Shown in pieces: positions 16,892 through 25,478 of a stretch of DNA of 27,317 bases; the first letter of the stretch is position 1, and each line of letters starts with the position of its first letter. The position numbers and the translations under genes are program-made. Source of the stretch: Gemmatimonadaceae bacterium (lineage in GTDB: Bacteria; Gemmatimonadota; Gemmatimonadetes; Gemmatimonadales; Gemmatimonadaceae); NCBI GenBank assembly GCA_040901985.1, contig JBBDYC010000010.1, positions 47,081-74,397 of the forward strand, written 5' to 3'. Below the pieces are notes generated by a model, which made no database searches, had not been told where the DNA came from, and saw only the letters and a program-made list of their open reading frames with translations.

Positions 16892-18874
16892 GTGGACCCG
16901 TCCCGCTACGCCGAACTCTTCCGCACCGAGAGTCGCGAGCAGCTCTCGGCACTGAACCGCGCCCTGCTGGCGATCGAGCAGGGCGAGGCGTCGCGTGACC
17001 AGGTGGACGCCATCTTCCGCGGCGTGCACACCATCAAGGGGATGAGCGCGACGATGGGGTACGGCGCCGTGGCCGAGTTCTCGCACGAGCTCGAATCGCT
17101 GCTCGACAAGGTGCGCGAGGGCGAGCAGGGCATCTCCCCCGACCTGATGGACGCGCTCTTCGCGGCGGCCGACGCGCTGGAGGACGGGGTCGAGCACGCG
17201 CAGGAAGGGAACGCGATGAGCGAGGCGATGCAGCGCGCGCTGGAACGGCTGCACGACGTCGCCGGCGGCCGCTCGACGGGGGAGTTCCGCGTGTTGCGGC
17301 CCAACGCGCTGGTGGCGGCGCCGGTCGAGGCGGGCGCGGCGCTGGTCGGCGAGGGGACGCTCGTCCACGTGACGCAGCAGGCGGCGGCGCTGCTGCCGGG
17401 CGTGCGCGCCTTCATGGCGATCCAGCGCCTGCGCGACCTCGGCGAGGTGCTCGGGTGCGACCCGAGCGTCGAGCGGTTGCAGGCGGCGACCGCGCCGCAG
17501 GCGTTCACCGTGCGGCTGCGGACGGCGGCGGGTCCGGCGGAGATCGAGCGCGCGGTGCGGAGCGCGGGCGACGTGGCGACGGTCGTGGTGGACGAGCGGA
17601 TTGACCCCGCGGCGGTGGCGGCGGCGGTGGTCGAGCCGCCGGGTGCGACCGGGGACGACGTGCCGCGTCGGAGGGCGAGCGACGCGCTCGGGATGAGCGA
17701 CACCCTCGGGCCGGCCGAGCGAGGGCAGGCGCCGCGCGCCCGCCACGTGCGGATCGAACTCGCGCGGCTCGACGCGCTGCTCAACCTCGTCGGCGAGTTG
17801 GTGATCGTGCGTGGGCGGCTCCAGGCCCTCACCGGCAAGTTGCCCGACCCGGCGCTCCACGAGGTGATGGACGACGCGACCGCGCTGATCGGTGACCTGC
17901 AGCGCGAGATCATGACGAGCCGCCTCGTGCCGGTGGGGCAGGTCTTCGACCGCTTCCCGCGCCTCGTGCGCGACGTGGCGCGCCAGCTCGGCAAGGACGT
18001 GCTCTTCAGCATCGAGGGGAAGGACATCGAGATTGACCGCTCGGTGCTCGATGAGATCGGCGAGCCGGTGGTGCATCTGCTGCGCAACGCGGTGGACCAC
18101 GGGCTCGAGCTCCCGGCGGTCCGCGAGGCGGCGGGGAAGCCGCGCGCCGGCCGCCTGATCCTCAGCGCGCATCGCGACCGGAGCGCGGTGGTCGTCACGG
18201 TGCGCGACGACGGGCGGGGGATTGACCGGGCCAAGGTGCTCGAACGCGGCCTCGCGATGGGGATCGTCGCGCCGGGCACCACACAGCTCGACGACGACGC
18301 CCTGATGCGCTGCATCGCCCATCCGGGATTCTCGACCTCCGACCAGGTGACCGACATCTCGGGGCGCGGCGTCGGCGTGGACGCGGTGCTGGCGCGGACG
18401 CGGGCGGTCGGCGGCACGGTGGAGTTGCGGACGGTGCCGGGCGCCGGCACCACGATGTCCCTGCGGCTCCCGGTGACGCTGGCGATCGTGCGGGCGCTGC
18501 TGGCCCGTGTGGGGAGCGAGTGTTACGCGCTCCCGCTGACGCACGTGCGAGAGACGCTGGAACGCGGGCCGGCGCTGATCCGCCCCGTGCAGGGGCGCGA
18601 GATGCTCGTGCTGCGGGACGAAGTGCTGCCGCTGCTGCGGCTGCGCGAGGTGGTGCGGCTCGGCGCGCAGGCGGCGTCGCCGATGGAGGAGATCGTGGTG
18701 ATCGAGCGCGGGGACCGGCGGGCGGGGCTCGTCGTGGATGAACTCACCGGCCAGGAGGATATCGTGGTGAAGGCGTTCGACTCGCCGCGGGATGGACTGA
18801 CCCTGTTCAGCGGCGCGACCATCCTCGCCGACGGTGCCCCGGCGCTGATCGTGGACATCGGGAGCCTGCTGTGA
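16892..18874 (+). CDS. cheA: Chemotaxis histidine kinase CheA (P1-P5)
   Basis: Hpt FRGVHTIKG; P2-like VRAFMAIQRLRDLGEV; LDALLNLVGEL; HLLRNAVDHG; DDGRG; PGFST; SGRGVG; C-terminal CheW-like domain. Confidence 0.96.
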   Translation: MDPSRYAELFRTESREQLSALNRALLAIEQGEASRDQVDAIFRGVHTIKGMSATMGYGAVAEFSHELESLLDKVREGEQGISPDLMDALFAAADALEDGVEHAQEGNAMSEAMQRALERLHDVAGGRSTGEFRVLRPNALVAAPVEAGAALVGEGTLVHVTQQAAALLPGVRAFMAIQRLRDLGEVLGCDPSVERLQAATAPQAFTVRLRTAAGPAEIERAVRSAGDVATVVVDERIDPAAVAAAVVEPPGATGDDVPRRRASDALGMSDTLGPAERGQAPRARHVRIELARLDALLNLVGELVIVRGRLQALTGKLPDPALHEVMDDATALIGDLQREIMTSRLVPVGQVFDRFPRLVRDVARQLGKDVLFSIEGKDIEIDRSVLDEIGEPVVHLLRNAVDHGLELPAVREAAGKPRAGRLILSAHRDRSAVVVTVRDDGRGIDRAKVLERGLAMGIVAPGTTQLDDDALMRCIAHPGFSTSDQVTDISGRGVGVDAVLARTRAVGGTVELRTVPGAGTTMSLRLPVTLAIVRALLARVGSECYALPLTHVRETLERGPALIRPVQGREMLVLRDEVLPLLRLREVVRLGAQAASPMEEIVVIERGDRRAGLVVDELTGQEDIVVKAFDSPRDGLTLFSGATILADGAPALIVDIGSLL

Positions 18875-19503
18875 GCGCGGCGGACCTTCCGCCGGACGAC
18901 GTCCGGTCCCTGTCGGCCAACGCGATTGACGCGTTGCGCGAGGTGGCGAACATCGGGGCCGGCCACGCCGCCACCGCGCTCTCGCAGATCACCGACCAGC
19001 GGATCATGATCAGCGTGCCGCGGATCAACATCGTGACGCTCGAGGAGATCCCCAACCAGATCGCCGAGCGCGAGGAGCCGGTGGCGGCGATCCAGATGCG
19101 CATCCACGGCGACCTGACCGGGGTGACGCTGCTCGTCTTCCCGCAGCCGATCGCCCTCCGCGTCGCCGGCCTGATGATGCGGAAGCCGGTGACCGAGCTC
19201 GACGCGATCGCCGAGTCGGCGCTCAAGGAGGCGGGGAACATCCTCAGCGCGGCCTACCTGAACGCGCTGGCCGAATTCCTCCAGATGCGGATCCTCAACT
19301 CGCCGCCCGCCCTCGCGGTGGATATGAGCGACGCGGTCCTGACCTCGACCTACGTCGAGGTCGGCGAGGGATCGGAGTACGTTTTCTGCGTGGAGAGCGA
19401 GTTCCAGCTCGCCAACGACACGCATCCCCTGCGCGGCTTCTTCCTGTTGCTGCCGGATCCGAAGAGCCTGCAGGCCATCCTTCGCGCGATCCGCCTCGCG
19501 TGA
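18871..19503 (+). CDS. cheC: CheC phosphatase
   Basis: Two D/S-x3-E-x2-N sites: DALREVANIGAGHAATALS and SALKEAGNIL. Confidence 0.92.
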   Translation: MSAADLPPDDVRSLSANAIDALREVANIGAGHAATALSQITDQRIMISVPRINIVTLEEIPNQIAEREEPVAAIQMRIHGDLTGVTLLVFPQPIALRVAGLMMRKPVTELDAIAESALKEAGNILSAAYLNALAEFLQMRILNSPPALAVDMSDAVLTSTYVEVGEGSEYVFCVESEFQLANDTHPLRGFFLLLPDPKSLQAILRAIRLA

Positions 19504-22223
19504 CCGCGCCGGCGTCCCCCTCCCCGATGTCCGAACGGGACCGCGAGGTCCTGCGGGGCTTCGCGCGCCGGATTGACGCGGCGGACGCGGGGGCGCACAA
19601 CAACCTCGGCGTCCTCTACTTCACCAAGGGCTTCCACGAGGAGGCGGTGGGCGCGTTCACCCGGGCGCTCGAGCTCGACCCGAAGATGCAGGTGGCGCAG
19701 CGCAACCTCGAGATCGCCTACTTCAACACGGGCTATTACGACCGGCGGGTGGCCGAGTTGCGCGAACGGCTCCGTGCGCGACCCGACGACCGCGACGCGC
19801 GGTGGGAGCTCGGCCGCGCCTTCGCCCTGCTCGGGCAGGCGGAGGACGCGATTCCCGAGTTCCAGGCGCTCCTCGCGCTGCGGCCGGGCGACGTCGGCGC
19901 GATGATCCAGCTCGGACTCGCCGAGAAGGCGGCGGGACGGCTGGGGACGGCGCTCTCCTGGTTCCGCACCGCGCTCGGGCGCGATCCGCAGAGTGCGCTC
20001 CTCCATTGCTACGTCGGCGAGGTGCTCTACAACCAGGGCGCCTTCGACGACGCGCTGGCGTCGCTCCAACGGTCCATCCAGCTCAACCCCGACCATCCCG
20101 AGGCGCACTTCCTCCTCTCGTTCGTGCTCGGCGACATGGGGCGGCACGAGGACGCGCAGAAGGCGGGGAAGCGCGCCGTGCAACTCAACCCGGCGCTCTC
20201 CCGCGCCCAGGCCAACCTCTCGCTCGACGAGTACGACCCGAAGAAATACGAGGCGCTCGTGCCGGGACGTCAGGCCCAGCGCTCGATGGCGCAGATGACG
20301 ATCGCCGAGGGCGAGTCGCTGGCGCACTACACGCTGGGCCACGCCTTCCGGCAGCAGGGGCTGATGGACGAGGCGATGCGCGAATACCGGATGGCGCTGG
20401 AGCGGGGCGAGGATCGCGCGCTGGCGGTCCAGGCGATCGCCGAGCTGCACCTCCTGCAGAAGGAGCCGGAGCCGGCAATCGCGCTCTACGACGAGCTCCT
20501 GAAGGACCGCGCCGACAGCCCCAAGCTGTGGAACGAGCGCGGCGTGGCGCTGCACCAGACGGGCGACCACGCGGGCGCGGCGGAGAGCTACCGGCGCGCC
20601 CTCGAGGCCGACGCGACCTACGCGATTGCGCGCAACAACCTCGCCGTGGCGCACTTCCACGCCGGCCGCTCCGACGAGGCGGTGGACGAGTTCCGCGAGG
20701 CGCTCGCGCAGTCGCCGGGCTTCGTGAAGGCGCGGCTCAACATCGCCCTCCTGCTCGTCCGCGGGAAACGCTACCAGCTCGCGCTCGAGGCGTACCGGTA
20801 CGTGCTCGAGCACGACCCCGACCAGGCGATCGCCTGGAACGGCGTCGGGATGGTGCTGGCCGAACTGCGGAAGTTCGAGGAGGCGCGGACGGCGTTCGCG
20901 CGGGCAATCCAGTCCGACCCGGACTACGCCGAGGCGCACTACAACCTGAGCTTTACGCTCTCCAACCTCGGCGACTACCCGGGCGCGCTCCGCGAGACGA
21001 AGCGGGCGTTGGAGATCGACCCGTACTACGTGGCGCAGAGCTTCGCGCTGGCGATAGACCTCGAGTACGAGGATCCCGACCTCACCGTCGTCCCCGACCT
21101 CGGTGGCGAGCAACGGATGAGCACGGGGGTGGACACCTTCACCTTCGATTCGGGGCTGCTCGACACGATCTTCAAGCAGTTGGAGCCGGAGGTCGCGGCC
21201 GAGGACGCGGCGCCGGAGGCGGTCAGCGGCGACCCCTACGCGCTCGCCGTGGACTACCTGTCGAAGGGCCTGGTGGACCGGGCGATGTCCGAAGTGCGGC
21301 GGGCGATGGGGCGCGGTGCCGACCCGGTGCAGGGCGACGTCCTGCTCGGCGAGGCGTTCGGCCGGCAGGGGGCGTGGGGCGACGCGCTCGAGCGCTTCGA
21401 GGCGGCGCGGCGCGTGGCGCCGGACCATCCCGAGGCGCTGCGCGGCGAGACGCAGGCGCTGCTCAGCCTGGGCCGCGGCGGCGACGCGGTCGAGCCGGCC
21501 GAGCGGCTGCTCGCGGTGCTCCCCGACGATGCCGATGCGTTGATGCTGATCGCGACGGCGCGGTTCGAGGGGGGCAACGCCGAGGGCGCGCTGGAAGTGC
21601 TCGACCGGGCACGGCGGGTGGCGCCCGAGCGCGCCGAGGTGCTCCGCGGGATTGGCAACGTGACGCGGGCGCTGGGCAACCTCGACGCGGCGATTGCCGC
21701 GTACCGGCACGCGCTCACGCTCGACGGCGATTTCGCGGCCGTGCGCTACGACCTCGCGCAGCTGCTGCTCCAGCGCGGCGGGTTCGTCGAGGCCGAGCAG
21801 GAGTTGCTCGCCGCGCTCGACGCGGTGCCGACCTATGCCGACGCCACGCTCGCCCTCGCCGCGCTGCACCGCGCCCAGGGCCGGCCGGCCCAGGCGCTGA
21901 CGCTGCTGATCGAGTTCCTCGAGCGCGACCCGTACAGCTTCGACGGCCTCGTCGCGCTCGGGGAACTGCTGCTCGAGCAGGGACGTCCCGACGACGCCGC
22001 GATCGCCTTCCAACGCGTGTTGCGGTTCGACCCGGCGCACGTCGGCGCGATCTTCCATCAGGGCCTCCTCCTGGCGGCGCAGAAGCGCTACCGCGAGGCG
22101 GTTGCCTGCTTCCGGCGGGTGGCGGAAATCGAGCCGAACGGCGAGTTCGCGCGCCGCGCGTTCCGCGAGGCGCGGTCGGTCCAGCATCGCCTCGAAGGCG
22201 GCGACGGCGAGGCGGGGGACTGA
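19500..22223 (+). CDS. Large cytoplasmic tetratricopeptide-repeat protein (907 aa; alternative ATG 19527)
   Basis: Many 34-aa TPR units (AHNNLGVLY...ALELDP; AHYNLSFTL...ALEIDP); no signal peptide; GTGA overlap with cheC. Confidence 0.9.
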   Translation: MTAPASPSPMSERDREVLRGFARRIDAADAGAHNNLGVLYFTKGFHEEAVGAFTRALELDPKMQVAQRNLEIAYFNTGYYDRRVAELRERLRARPDDRDARWELGRAFALLGQAEDAIPEFQALLALRPGDVGAMIQLGLAEKAAGRLGTALSWFRTALGRDPQSALLHCYVGEVLYNQGAFDDALASLQRSIQLNPDHPEAHFLLSFVLGDMGRHEDAQKAGKRAVQLNPALSRAQANLSLDEYDPKKYEALVPGRQAQRSMAQMTIAEGESLAHYTLGHAFRQQGLMDEAMREYRMALERGEDRALAVQAIAELHLLQKEPEPAIALYDELLKDRADSPKLWNERGVALHQTGDHAGAAESYRRALEADATYAIARNNLAVAHFHAGRSDEAVDEFREALAQSPGFVKARLNIALLLVRGKRYQLALEAYRYVLEHDPDQAIAWNGVGMVLAELRKFEEARTAFARAIQSDPDYAEAHYNLSFTLSNLGDYPGALRETKRALEIDPYYVAQSFALAIDLEYEDPDLTVVPDLGGEQRMSTGVDTFTFDSGLLDTIFKQLEPEVAAEDAAPEAVSGDPYALAVDYLSKGLVDRAMSEVRRAMGRGADPVQGDVLLGEAFGRQGAWGDALERFEAARRVAPDHPEALRGETQALLSLGRGGDAVEPAERLLAVLPDDADALMLIATARFEGGNAEGALEVLDRARRVAPERAEVLRGIGNVTRALGNLDAAIAAYRHALTLDGDFAAVRYDLAQLLLQRGGFVEAEQELLAALDAVPTYADATLALAALHRAQGRPAQALTLLIEFLERDPYSFDGLVALGELLLEQGRPDDAAIAFQRVLRFDPAHVGAIFHQGLLLAAQKRYREAVACFRRVAEIEPNGEFARRAFREARSVQHRLEGGDGEAGD

Positions 22224-23203
22224 TGGCCATCGAGGGCCCACTCAAGGAACTCGGCATCCACGACGTCTTCCAGCTGCTCGACCTGAGCCGGAAGACGGGG
22301 ACGCTCACCGTCACGTCGGCGCTGCGCGACAACGAGGGTCGGGTCTGGTTCGAGAACGGCAAGGTGATCGCGGCGACCATCAAGTCCAATCCGCACCGCA
22401 TCGGCGACCTGCTGGTCCGGTCGGGGCGGCTGACCGACGCCGACCTGCTCCGGGTCCGCGAGCTGCAGCAGCAGGGCGACCGGCGGCGCGTCGGCGAGAT
22501 CCTCGTGGCGCTCGAGTTGGTGACGCCGCGCGAGATGGAGCGGCAGATGCGCCTGCAGATTGAGGCGGTAGTGTTCGAGCTGATGTCGTGGTCGGAGGGG
22601 CATTTCCGGTTCGACGAGGGGTTGGACGACGACGTGCTGCGCGAGGCGAGCGCGCCGATCGCCACCGCGTCGCTGCTGATGGAGGGCGCGCGACGGATTG
22701 ATGAGTGGTCGCGGATCGCCGACCGGGTGCCGAACCTCTCGGTGATTCCCGACCTGGCGCCGGTGGAGTCCGGGGATCCGGCGCTGCTCGACCTGCTGCC
22801 GCAGGAGTGGAAGGTGCTGTCGTGCATTGACGGCCGGACCGATCTCCGGACGATCTCGGGGATGCTGGCGATGAGCGAGTTCGACGTGGCGCGGATGGTG
22901 TACGGGATGGTGAGCACGGGCGTGGTGCTGCTGCGCCAGCCGCCGCGCGCGAGCGCGCCGGCGCCGCTGCCGCGCGGCACCCAGCCATCCGGCCACGCGA
23001 CGCCACTCGGCGTGCTGCCGGCTCCGGTGACGAACGGCGCGGCGGCGTTCCGTCGCGGCGCCTTCGCCGAGGGGATCGCCAGTTGGGCCGGCTTCCTCGA
23101 GTCCACGCCGGCGTACGCGGGCGCGGCGGTGATCCGCGAGGGCATCGCGGTGGCGTCGCGGCTGCACCAGATCCTCGCGCGGGAGGTGCCCGATGAGCGC
23201 TGA
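22223..23203 (+). CDS. DUF4388 (PatA_N-like) protein with an internal MshEN-like motif
   Basis: TGATG coupling at 22221-22225. MAIEGPLKELGIHDVFQLLDLSRKTGTLTV...GRVWFENGKVIAA, WSEGHFRF and LLMEGARRIDEW are typical of DUF4388 proteins. Confidence 0.85.
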   Translation: MAIEGPLKELGIHDVFQLLDLSRKTGTLTVTSALRDNEGRVWFENGKVIAATIKSNPHRIGDLLVRSGRLTDADLLRVRELQQQGDRRRVGEILVALELVTPREMERQMRLQIEAVVFELMSWSEGHFRFDEGLDDDVLREASAPIATASLLMEGARRIDEWSRIADRVPNLSVIPDLAPVESGDPALLDLLPQEWKVLSCIDGRTDLRTISGMLAMSEFDVARMVYGMVSTGVVLLRQPPRASAPAPLPRGTQPSGHATPLGVLPAPVTNGAAAFRRGAFAEGIASWAGFLESTPAYAGAAVIREGIAVASRLHQILAREVPDER

Positions 23204-24032
23204 GGAGATCCGCACGCTGAGCGAGACGCTGGCGGCCGATCCGGGGAGTCTCGTCTTCCTGCCGCTGGCCGAGGCGCTGCTGGCGCGGCACGACCTCGCG
23301 CACGCGGCGCGGGTGGCGCGTCGCGGCGCGGAGCGGCACGCCGATCGCGCCGATGCGCACGACCTCGTGGCGCGGATCGCACTCGCGCAGGGCGACGCCG
23401 CGGCGGCCGAGGCGGCGTGGCAGGCGGTGCTCGCGCGCGTCCCCGACTTCGGCGCCGCGCACCGCGGCCTCGGCTTCCTCCGCTACCAGCAGGGCCGGTA
23501 CGACGAGGCCGAGCGGCATCTGGGGGTGGCACGCGCGGCGAGCCCGGACGACCCGGCGTTGGAATCGGCGTGGCAGGCGGTGCAGGCGGCGCGCGCGGCG
23601 CGGGGCGGCGGCGAGCCGCCGACCGTGCCGTCTCCGGCGCCGTGGGCGGCGCCGCCGGTGGGCGCCGCCGGTGCGGCGACGCTGTTCGACGGCCTGCTTG
23701 GCGGGAGCGCGCAGGTGGCGCTCCTCCTCGACGCCGACGGCCTGGTCGTCGCCGGCCGCTACGAGACTGCGGCCGGGGAGGACCTCGGGGCGGTAATCGG
23801 GGCGCACCTCTCCGGCGTCAGCGACGAGGCGGCGCGGGCGATGCGCCACTTCGGGCTCGGCGCGTGGACCCGGATTGCGCTCGAGAGCGAGGCGGCGACC
23901 GTGGCGATGGCGCCGGCGGGCGACGCGATCGCGCTCGTCGCGGCGCCGCGCGAGGTACCGCTCGGCCTCGTCCGGCGGACGCTCGAGCAGTGCGTCGCCC
24001 AGGCGGAGCGTTGGCTCGGGGGTGCCGCGTGA
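23193..24032 (+). CDS. TPR plus Roadblock/LC7 fusion protein
   Basis: N-terminal TPRs (DPGSLVFLPLAEAL; AHRGLGFLRYQQGRYDEA), Pro-rich linker, C-terminal Roadblock-like ALLLDADGLVVA...LGLVR; GGAGG SD. Confidence 0.8.
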   Translation: MSAEEIRTLSETLAADPGSLVFLPLAEALLARHDLAHAARVARRGAERHADRADAHDLVARIALAQGDAAAAEAAWQAVLARVPDFGAAHRGLGFLRYQQGRYDEAERHLGVARAASPDDPALESAWQAVQAARAARGGGEPPTVPSPAPWAAPPVGAAGAATLFDGLLGGSAQVALLLDADGLVVAGRYETAAGEDLGAVIGAHLSGVSDEAARAMRHFGLGAWTRIALESEAATVAMAPAGDAIALVAAPREVPLGLVRRTLEQCVAQAERWLGGAA

Positions 24033-24370
24033 GCGCGTTCGGCGCCCTGGTCGGCGCGGTCACGCGGCATCGCGGCGTGACCGCGTGCCTCGTCGTGGCG
24101 GAGGAGGACGGCATCGTCGTGGACGGGACGGCGCAGATCGGCGTGGACACCGCCGCCTTTGCCGCGCTGACGGCGTCGCTTTACCGCAAGGCGGCGCGCG
24201 CCGCGGCCGCCGCCGGCTTCGGCGCGGTCAGTTTCTGCGAGCTCGAGGCGGAGGACGGGCGGGTGTTCGCCGCCGGACGCAACGGCCTCGTCATCGTCGC
24301 CGTCGCCGAACCGCGGGTCAACCTCGGGCTGGTGCGCGTCGAACTCCTGCGCGCGGCGGGGGGCCTGTGA
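24029..24370 (+). CDS. Roadblock/LC7 domain protein (MglC/MglB-like, 113 aa)
   Basis: GTGA overlap; GVTACLVVAEEDGIVV, AALTASL, NLGLVRVEL. Confidence 0.82.
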   Translation: MSAFGALVGAVTRHRGVTACLVVAEEDGIVVDGTAQIGVDTAAFAALTASLYRKAARAAAAAGFGAVSFCELEAEDGRVFAAGRNGLVIVAVAEPRVNLGLVRVELLRAAGGL

Positions 24371-24840
24371 TCCGCCACTCGCTCGCGGTCGGCTGGGCCG
24401 ACGCGCCGCTGAAGCGGTTCGTCGATGACGCGCGGCTGCAACTCGCGATCCTGATGCAATCGAGCGGGCAGGTCCTGGCCCAGGTGGGCTTCAAGCGGTC
24501 GCTCGACGTGCAGACCGCCTGCGCGCTCTCGGCGGCGATCAATGCGTCGGCCGAGCATCTCGGCACGATGGTGGACGGGACGCCGTTCCGCGGCCTGCAC
24601 TACGGGGGGAAGACCCGCCAGATGTACCTCGGACAGGTGCCGCTCAGCGGGACGATGCTCCTCGTGCTCGCCGTCTTCGACACCGAGAGTTCGCTGGGGA
24701 TCGTCCAGCTCTACGTCAAGGAACTGCAGGCGGCCGCCGCGGCGGCAGCGCCGGCACCGACCGACGACGCGCCGGCGCTCGCCGAGAACTTCGAGCAGGA
24801 CCTGAATCGCAACCTCGCTCAACTGTTCGGGAGGGGCTGA
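24367..24840 (+). CDS. mglB: MglB-like Roadblock GAP protein (157 aa)
   Basis: GTGA overlap; GQVLAQ, LHYGG, AVFDTESSLGIVQL and an acidic C-terminal helix (FEQDLNRNLAQLF) resemble Myxococcus MglB; directly upstream of mglA. Confidence 0.78.
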   Translation: MIRHSLAVGWADAPLKRFVDDARLQLAILMQSSGQVLAQVGFKRSLDVQTACALSAAINASAEHLGTMVDGTPFRGLHYGGKTRQMYLGQVPLSGTMLLVLAVFDTESSLGIVQLYVKELQAAAAAAAPAPTDDAPALAENFEQDLNRNLAQLFGRG

Positions 24841-24881
24841 TGCCCGTCACGGTCCTCCACCATTCACCGACCCCACCGTGA
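24840..24881 (+). other. 13-codon mini-ORF (MPVTVLHHSPTPP) bridging mglB and mglA
   Basis: Its ATG overlaps the mglB stop (TGATG), GGAGG lies 5 nt upstream, and its TGA overlaps the mglA GTG (GTGA). Confidence 0.35.
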
Positions 24882-25477
24882 GCCTCGTCAACTACGCGAC
24901 CCGCGAGATCACCTGCAAGATCGTCTACTACGGCCCGGGGCGGTCGGGGAAGACGACCAACCTGCATTACATCCACGGCCAGGTGCCGGGCGACCGCAAG
25001 GGGCAGATGGTCTCGCTCGCCACGCAGACCGACCGGACGCTCTTCTTCGACTTCCTGCCGATCGACCTCGGCGCGATCTCGGGATTCACCACGCGCTTCC
25101 AGCTCTACACGGTGCCCGGCCAGGTCTACTACCAGACGACGCGCAAGCTGGTGCTGCAGGGTGCCGACGGGGTGGTCTTCGTCGCCGACAGCCAGTCGCG
25201 CCAGCTGCAGGAGAACATCGAGTCGTTCCAGGACCTCCACGCGAACCTCGCCGAGCAGGGCGTGGACGCGCGGACGATGCCGCTCGTGATCCAGTACAAC
25301 AAGCAGGACCTCCCGCCGGAACTGATCACGCCGGTGCCGGAGCTCGAGGAGGCGCTCAACTTCCGCGGCGTGCCGTCGTTTGCCGCCGACGCCCTGCACG
25401 GCCCGGGGGTGTTCGAGACGCTGCGCGGCATCTCCGAGCTGGTGCTGCGCAAGCTCAGCGCCGGCCGAGGCGGCTGA
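24878..25477 (+). CDS. mglA: MglA family small Ras-like GTPase
   Basis: REITCKIVYYGPGRSGKTTNL, TDRTLFFDF (intrinsic Arg), TVPGQ, DGVVFVADS, NKQD. Confidence 0.95.
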   Translation: MSLVNYATREITCKIVYYGPGRSGKTTNLHYIHGQVPGDRKGQMVSLATQTDRTLFFDFLPIDLGAISGFTTRFQLYTVPGQVYYQTTRKLVLQGADGVVFVADSQSRQLQENIESFQDLHANLAEQGVDARTMPLVIQYNKQDLPPELITPVPELEEALNFRGVPSFAADALHGPGVFETLRGISELVLRKLSAGRGG

Positions 25478-25478
25478 C

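Noticed and set aside
6869..22241. Long antisense ORFs (6869..9526, 10696..13164, 16040..18544, 19350..22241 and others)
   Set aside because: Shadow ORFs opposite well-supported genes, expected at high GC; no recognisable motifs.
19802..23203. 1133-aa ORF as one protein
   Set aside because: The first ~800 codons are an Arg/Gly-rich alternative frame over the TPR gene; the real gene starts at ATG 22223.
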